Below are positions 58,855 through 64,000 of a stretch of 64,000 nucleotides of DNA, piece by piece. A program made the position numbers and the translations under genes. Within the stretch, counting starts at the first letter, position 1. Each line of letters opens with the position of its first letter. The stretch is taken from positions 85,776 to 149,775 of the forward strand of contig AP026679.1 in the NCBI GenBank assembly GCA_025999155.1, read 5' to 3'. Source of the DNA: Candidatus Dojkabacteria bacterium (GTDB taxonomy: Bacteria > Patescibacteriota > Dojkabacteria > JAOAGR01). The notes beneath the pieces are model-generated. The model was not told where the DNA came from. It saw nothing but the letters and a program-made list of their open reading frames with translations, and did not search any database.

Positions 58855-59258
58855 TCGAAGCTGTCGATATAATCAAAGCCTGGGCTAGGGACAATCTTTG
58901 TGAAATAGTGCTTTTTGGCAGTTATGCCCGTGGAGAACAAAAAAAATACTCATCCATTGATATACTCGTCATTCTCACGGAATCACAAGAAGATTTTATC
59001 CAACGTAAAACTGCTCTGGAGAAAATTTTAAATTCTTCAGGAGCCATTCCATTAATCGACACACTTGTTTACACAGAGGATGAAATCAAGGATTTAATAA
59101 AAAAGAAAGAGAGCTTTATTGTATCTGTATTGGAAGAAGGATGTGTGATATGTAATGGCAAGGATAATATAGAGATTCAAAAGATTAACACATTGCCACA
59201 CATTATCCATTCAAAATATTTTGACCTCCTACCGAGCTTAAATGAAGTTGACGTGTAG
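58797..59258 (+). CDS. Minimal nucleotidyltransferase (MNT) domain protein
   Basis: IVLFGSYARG....SSIDILVI, IDTLVYTEDE; overlaps the HEPN gene. Confidence 0.88.
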   Translation: MYKSSENHIKLNQRDIERLVEAVDIIKAWARDNLCEIVLFGSYARGEQKKYSSIDILVILTESQEDFIQRKTALEKILNSSGAIPLIDTLVYTEDEIKDLIKKKESFIVSVLEEGCVICNGKDNIEIQKINTLPHIIHSKYFDLLPSLNEVDV

Positions 59259-59287
59259 TGATAATTCTGGTGAAATAACATAGTATT

Positions 59288-59980
59288 ATGGAGAACCTAA
59301 AAAACATAAAAAACTATTTGAAACATCCTGCGGTAATTACTCTCATTGCATTGTTAGCATCGGTTGCTGCAATATTCGGTATTATCCAGATACTTCCCGA
59401 AAACAATACATCACAGGCAGAAAGAGTAGAGAGATTTTGGGGTAATCCTGAAGCTAGTGTTGTGATAGAGTATTATGGTGATTTAGAATGCCCCGCTTGT
59501 AAAGCTTTTTGGTTTGATACAGAAAAACGGCTTAAAGAAACATATTCCGATAAGATAAAGTTCATATTTAAACATTTGCCTTTACCGATACACGCTAGAG
59601 CAGATGATGCAGCAGAGGCGGCTGAAGCAGCTGGAGCCCAAGGCAAGTTTTTTGAATATGTAGAAATTTTATATTCTAAACAATCAAGCGAAGAAGTACA
59701 AAAATGGAATGTAAATACCTTTGTAGAATATGCTAAAGAAGTAGGAATAAGTGATATTGAGAAATTCAAAAAAGAACTTGAAGATAAATATTACAGAAAC
59801 GTAATAAATGAATATAAAAGGGAAGCAAAAGAAAAGAACATCATGGCAACGCCAACCGTATATGTTAATGGCAAACAGATAACTAATCCAACTTTTGAAA
59901 ATATAGAGAAGGCAATTTTGGAATCTTTGGGAAATACTGTAACTCCATCACCATCTGAAGAGCCACAGTCACAAAACTAG
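59288..59980 (+). CDS. Membrane-anchored DsbA-family thioredoxin
   Basis: N-terminal TM; YGDLECPAC, KHLPL..H, ATPT.YVNG. Confidence 0.92.
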   Translation: MENLKNIKNYLKHPAVITLIALLASVAAIFGIIQILPENNTSQAERVERFWGNPEASVVIEYYGDLECPACKAFWFDTEKRLKETYSDKIKFIFKHLPLPIHARADDAAEAAEAAGAQGKFFEYVEILYSKQSSEEVQKWNVNTFVEYAKEVGISDIEKFKKELEDKYYRNVINEYKREAKEKNIMATPTVYVNGKQITNPTFENIEKAILESLGNTVTPSPSEEPQSQN

Positions 59981-60049
59981 ACTCCCAAAGAGGTAAGCAT
60001 ATAGTTTTTATCACATGTTTATTTTATATTAATTTAATATAATAAAAGT

Positions 60050-61057
60050 ATGAACATTTTTATAACAGGAGGAGCAGGCTACATAGGCTCACATACCGTG
60101 CTTGAAGCCTTACGAAGAAACCATCGAGTATTTGTATTTGACTCTTTGGAAAGAGGTTATCGTGAGGCTCTTGACCGAGTACAAACCTTAGCAAATCGAC
60201 AAATTATTTTTATACAAGGTGATCTACGAAATAGAGAAGATATTGCTGATGCATTGAAGGATACCAAACCGGAGATAGTCATACATTTTGCTGCATATAA
60301 ATCAGTAAGTGAAGGTGAAAAAGAACCGGAAAAGTACTATAGGAGCAATGTTGAGGCTACTGTAATACTTATGGAAGAAATGATAAAACAGAATATACGT
60401 AAAATCATATTCTCTTCGAGTGCCGCAACGTACGGTATCCTCGATCGAATGCCTATTACAGAACAATCACCAACAAACCCTATTAGCGTCTATGGTAAAA
60501 CAAAGCTTGAGATGGAGAAGGTAATCAACAGTTTTACGAAAGATTATGGATTAGAAGCGGTGGCGTTTCGATACTTTAATGCAGTAGGAGCAGATGAAAG
60601 CGGAGAAATCGGGGAAGATCCTCGACACACTACTAACCTTATACCCCTAGTAATGCACACCCTAGTAGGTAAAAGAGAAAAAGTATATCTATTCGGGGAT
60701 AAATTTGATACAGCCGATGGTACACAAGAAAGAGATTACATACATGTATCTGACCTAGCAACAGCACATCTAGATGCAGCTGAAAAAAGTTTTAATCGAG
60801 GAGAAATGATGATTTTGAATCTGTCTACGGGCCAGAAAACTAGTTGTCTGGAAATCTTCAGGTTAGCGCAGGAAATTAGCGGAAAAACATTAAATTACGA
60901 AGTAGTTGGACCTCGTCAAGGCGATCCAGTAACCCTATATGCTGATAATTCAAAAGCTAAATATATTCTTGGATGGAAACCTCGAAGGGACATAAAAAAA
61001 TCAATACAGGATCAATGGCGATGGACTTCGAAATATCCCAATGGATATAGTTACTAA
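60050..61057 (+). CDS. galE: UDP-glucose 4-epimerase
   Basis: TGGAGYIGSH, HFAA.KSV.E, FSSSAA.YG, YGKTK, RYFNA.GA. Confidence 0.96.
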   Translation: MNIFITGGAGYIGSHTVLEALRRNHRVFVFDSLERGYREALDRVQTLANRQIIFIQGDLRNREDIADALKDTKPEIVIHFAAYKSVSEGEKEPEKYYRSNVEATVILMEEMIKQNIRKIIFSSSAATYGILDRMPITEQSPTNPISVYGKTKLEMEKVINSFTKDYGLEAVAFRYFNAVGADESGEIGEDPRHTTNLIPLVMHTLVGKREKVYLFGDKFDTADGTQERDYIHVSDLATAHLDAAEKSFNRGEMMILNLSTGQKTSCLEIFRLAQEISGKTLNYEVVGPRQGDPVTLYADNSKAKYILGWKPRRDIKKSIQDQWRWTSKYPNGYSY

Positions 61058-61859
61058 AGTATTGACGTCTATGTTGGCAAGTCTAAAAAAGCGAAATACT
61101 ATTGACCTGATCTGGATATTGTGGCGTACGGATTTTAAACTCAAATATAATGATTCAATATTGGGTTTTATATGGGTGCTTATAAAACCTTTTAGTATTT
61201 TTCTTATTTTATATCTGGTTTTAACGAATATATTCCCGTTTCAAGAGGAACATTTCGTCATCTACCTACTGATAGGAAATGTATTTATCTCTTTTTGGAC
61301 GGAGGGTACCAACTTAGGATTAGACTCGCTATTAAGTAGAGCTGGATTAATAACAAAAGTCAACTTTCCAAGGTACACTGTACTTATATCATCGACTTCG
61401 ATAGCTCTTGTTAATTTTCTGATTAACACAATTATTGTTTTTATATTCGTATTCGTTAATGGGCTAAGACCAAGCTTAATGGATGTATTTTGGTACTTTC
61501 TATGTTCAGGAATTCTTTATATGCTTATTATTACAGTTTCTATGTTTCTGAGTATACTGTATGTTAGATTTCGCGACCTCAAACAAATATGGGAGCTATT
61601 TAATCAATTACTTTTCTGGATGACGCCTGTGTTTTATTCATATGAAGCACTTGCATCAAAAAATGAAATCTTTGGATTGATTCTATATTGGCTAAATCCC
61701 GTCTCAGTACTGTTAATTAGCGCCCGTGAAGCAATCATGGAAAACAATATAACTTTACAGCTAAATGTATTAGCTGTTATGTCCTTATTTTTAGTACTAT
61801 TTTATATTGGTTATAATTTCTATAAGAAACAAATAAAGAAAATCGCGGAGTATTTTTAA
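61041..61859 (+). CDS. wzm: ABC-2 polysaccharide export permease (Wzm/TagG-like)
   Basis: DFKLKYNDSILG..W...P, RD..Q, TPVFY, NP; six TM. Confidence 0.9.
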   Translation: MDIVTKVLTSMLASLKKRNTIDLIWILWRTDFKLKYNDSILGFIWVLIKPFSIFLILYLVLTNIFPFQEEHFVIYLLIGNVFISFWTEGTNLGLDSLLSRAGLITKVNFPRYTVLISSTSIALVNFLINTIIVFIFVFVNGLRPSLMDVFWYFLCSGILYMLIITVSMFLSILYVRFRDLKQIWELFNQLLFWMTPVFYSYEALASKNEIFGLILYWLNPVSVLLISAREAIMENNITLQLNVLAVMSLFLVLFYIGYNFYKKQIKKIAEYF

Positions 61860-61877
61860 AAATATTGTACATACACA

Positions 61878-62633
61878 ATGGAAGCATCTGTAGTTTTAAA
61901 AGCTGTAAATATTAGTAAGTCGTTTCCGGCATTACGACCTAAACACGATCAGTTAAGGGCATACTTTTGGAATATTTTTTCTTTAAGGGCAATGAAAGAA
62001 GAGAGAGCTCTCTCAAAACAAAGATTTTGGGCTTTAGAAGATATAAACTTTGAAGTTAGAAAAGGACATTTTTTTAGTATCATAGGGAAAAATGGAGCAG
62101 GAAAGAGTACGCTGCTTAAAATCATTGCAGGTATATATGAACCTGATACAGGATACATACAAACACAAGGCCATATTATTCCCTTCCTTGAGCTTGGTGT
62201 AGGCTTTAATCCTCAGTTGACTGCTCGTGAAAATATCTATCTAAATGGAATTATCATGGGAATGACAAAAAAGGAAATTGATGAAAAATATGAAGCAATT
62301 TTAGAATTTGCAGAATTAAAAGAGTTTGAATATGTACAACTCAAAAATTTCTCAAGCGGTATGCAGGTACGTTTAGCCTTTGCAGTCGCCTCTCAAGCAC
62401 AAGGTGACATTTATCTCTTAGATGAAGTTTTTGCTGTTGGAGACATAAGTTTTCAGAAAAAAGCTCTAAAAGTAATTGAAGGCATGATTGCACAAGGTAA
62501 AACTTTTATTTACGTGGGACATAACATGGAGACTGTGCGTAAATATTCAACCAATGTACTTTACCTTAAAGACCACAAAGTGGAAGGCATAGGGCGCAAT
62601 ATGATAGACAAGTACATTAGTGATATGACCTGA
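61878..62633 (+). CDS. wzt: Polysaccharide ABC transporter ATP-binding protein (Wzt/TagH-like)
   Basis: GKNGAGKST, FSSGMQVRLAF, LLDEVFAVGD..FQ.K. Confidence 0.92.
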   Translation: MEASVVLKAVNISKSFPALRPKHDQLRAYFWNIFSLRAMKEERALSKQRFWALEDINFEVRKGHFFSIIGKNGAGKSTLLKIIAGIYEPDTGYIQTQGHIIPFLELGVGFNPQLTARENIYLNGIIMGMTKKEIDEKYEAILEFAELKEFEYVQLKNFSSGMQVRLAFAVASQAQGDIYLLDEVFAVGDISFQKKALKVIEGMIAQGKTFIYVGHNMETVRKYSTNVLYLKDHKVEGIGRNMIDKYISDMT

Positions 62634-62797
62634 AATCCAACGCAACACATTATAAAATTTATAAAGTTAAATACTGGGAAAAATTTCATAACTTTCTGTA
62701 GATTGTTATAACTTACAATTTTGATAAAAAACATTGAAAAATCCGACCCAGCTATAAACCTAAATCTTCAAAGGGAAGGAATCTGATACCGTCATCT

Positions 62798-64000
62798 TTA
62801 TATAATCTTTTTCACATCAAAGTTCAAAAAGAACATGCCGTTTTCCATTATTAAATTTGGATTCCAGTATTTATCCTGAGTTAAATAATCTTTCCATCTT
62901 TTCAGCATATATTCTTGTTCTCTATTAAGCCTTGCCATTTTCTCTGGAGTATCTTCATATCCTCTTGACAATGACTCGTAATGATATAATCGCGCAAAGG
63001 GTGTATATACATTTCTATATCCTGCCTCTTGTGCTTTTAGACACAAATCTACATCGTTAAAAGCTACAGGCAAATTTACTTCATCAAAACCCCCTAACTT
63101 TTCAAATAAACTTTGTTTTATCATCAGACACGCTCCTGTCACTGCAGATACATTATTGATAATTTGTATTCGACTTAGATATCCTTCGTTCATCATATCA
63201 AACCTATAAAATGTATGTTCCGCTACTCTATCGATATAAATGTGTACTCCTGCATGTTGAATAGTATTATCTGGAAATATTAATTTTGCTCCTACAGCTG
63301 CTATTTCGTCTTCTTGAGCCAATTGTAGCATTTCATACAGCCATTCTGGATTTATTACCTCCGTATCATTATTGAGAAAAAGTAAATAATCTCCATCAGC
63401 GTGTTGTACCGCATAATTATTTATAGCAGAATAATTAAAAGGTTTGGTGTATTGTAATACTTTGTGTCTCTTCGCTAAATGTTCAAAATATCTCAAACTC
63501 TCCGGTTGTACCGAATTATTATCTACTAGTATAATTTCGTAATTAAACCCGTCGGTAACAGTCTTTTTTTCAACACTTTCTATACACCTTTTGACATATT
63601 TTAATAAGTCTTTGGTAGGTATTATGATAGAGACTTTTGGATTGTTTCTAATTTTTCTTTTGATATGAAAGCTAGGAGGAGTTAACCCATCTTCCAGAAT
63701 TGCTTCCATCCGTCTTCTCTTGATCGTATCCTCCAATGCCTTACGTGCTGCTAAGCGTGCATAAGGTTTAGCATTATAATTTTCTGCGGTAGAACCAGGT
63801 ACCCTTCGCCAATGATACAAAATCATCGGAATATGATAAATCCGATCAACTGTAGTCTTTTCACTAAAACGTAGTACCAAATCATAATCCTGAGATCCTT
63901 CGTAGCCTTTTCTAAACCCTCCAATACTTCGTACTATTTCAGTTCGAAACAAACCTCTAGTAGCAAACATCATAGAAAGTATAGTTTCAGGAGACCAATC
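62798..64000 (-). CDS. GT2-family glycosyltransferase (5' end outside the window)
   Basis: GSQDYDL.LR, VSIIIPTKD, FLNNDTE, AVTGACL, NDVDLCL, HYES.SRG. Confidence 0.93.
   Translation of the reverse strand, partial: DWSPETILSMMFATRGLFRTEIVRSIGGFRKGYEGSQDYDLVLRFSEKTTVDRIYHIPMILYHWRRVPGSTAENYNAKPYARLAARKALEDTIKRRRMEAILEDGLTPPSFHIKRKIRNNPKVSIIIPTKDLLKYVKRCIESVEKKTVTDGFNYEIILVDNNSVQPESLRYFEHLAKRHKVLQYTKPFNYSAINNYAVQHADGDYLLFLNNDTEVINPEWLYEMLQLAQEDEIAAVGAKLIFPDNTIQHAGVHIYIDRVAEHTFYRFDMMNEGYLSRIQIINNVSAVTGACLMIKQSLFEKLGGFDEVNLPVAFNDVDLCLKAQEAGYRNVYTPFARLYHYESLSRGYEDTPEKMARLNREQEYMLKRWKDYLTQDKYWNPNLIMENGMFFLNFDVKKII

Noticed and set aside
1-64000. Alternative genetic code (UGA=Gly, as in Gracilibacteria/Absconditabacteria)
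   Set aside because: Long conserved genes are uninterrupted under code 11, and TGA ends several genes at their expected C-termini.

Overview
AT-rich bacterial chromosome segment read with genetic code 11. Gene content and protein divergence suggest a Patescibacteria/CPR organism, possibly Dojkabacteria-like (inference). It is mostly housekeeping: dnaJ-ftsQAZ-rnc, rpmE-prfA, HU, ileS, rplY, rpoBC-rpsL, adk, rlmD-truB, hisS, nusA-ylxR-recF-prmC, pyk, rplU-rpmA, uvrC and galE-wzm-wzt, plus five tRNAs (Lys-UUU, Arg-UCU, Ser-UGA, Leu-CAG, Lys-CUU). Main observations: (1) the RNA polymerase has heavily rewritten conserved motifs, including trigger-loop His->Tyr and substitutions across the rifampicin pocket; (2) promoter-leader-terminator units precede both rpoB (with a 39-codon uORF) and nusA; (3) a 4.6-kb copper-resistance island at the tRNA-Leu CCA end has TGGTG direct repeats, junctions that rejoin in frame into a probable recombinase tail, and a GC-rich structured element; (4) a 1354-aa Cys-rich surface protein has an N-terminal TM, an LPKTS-TM-basic C-terminus and an unrecognised duplicated domain; (5) smaller items include an unannotated LysW-like protein without EDWGE, an orphan HD-GYP-like protein, an mrr pseudogene, a HEPN-MNT pair with a degenerate DxD motif, and frequent leaderless-type gene starts. 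No CRISPR array, rRNA or intact transposase/integrase was seen. All calls were made by eye, with no database searches.
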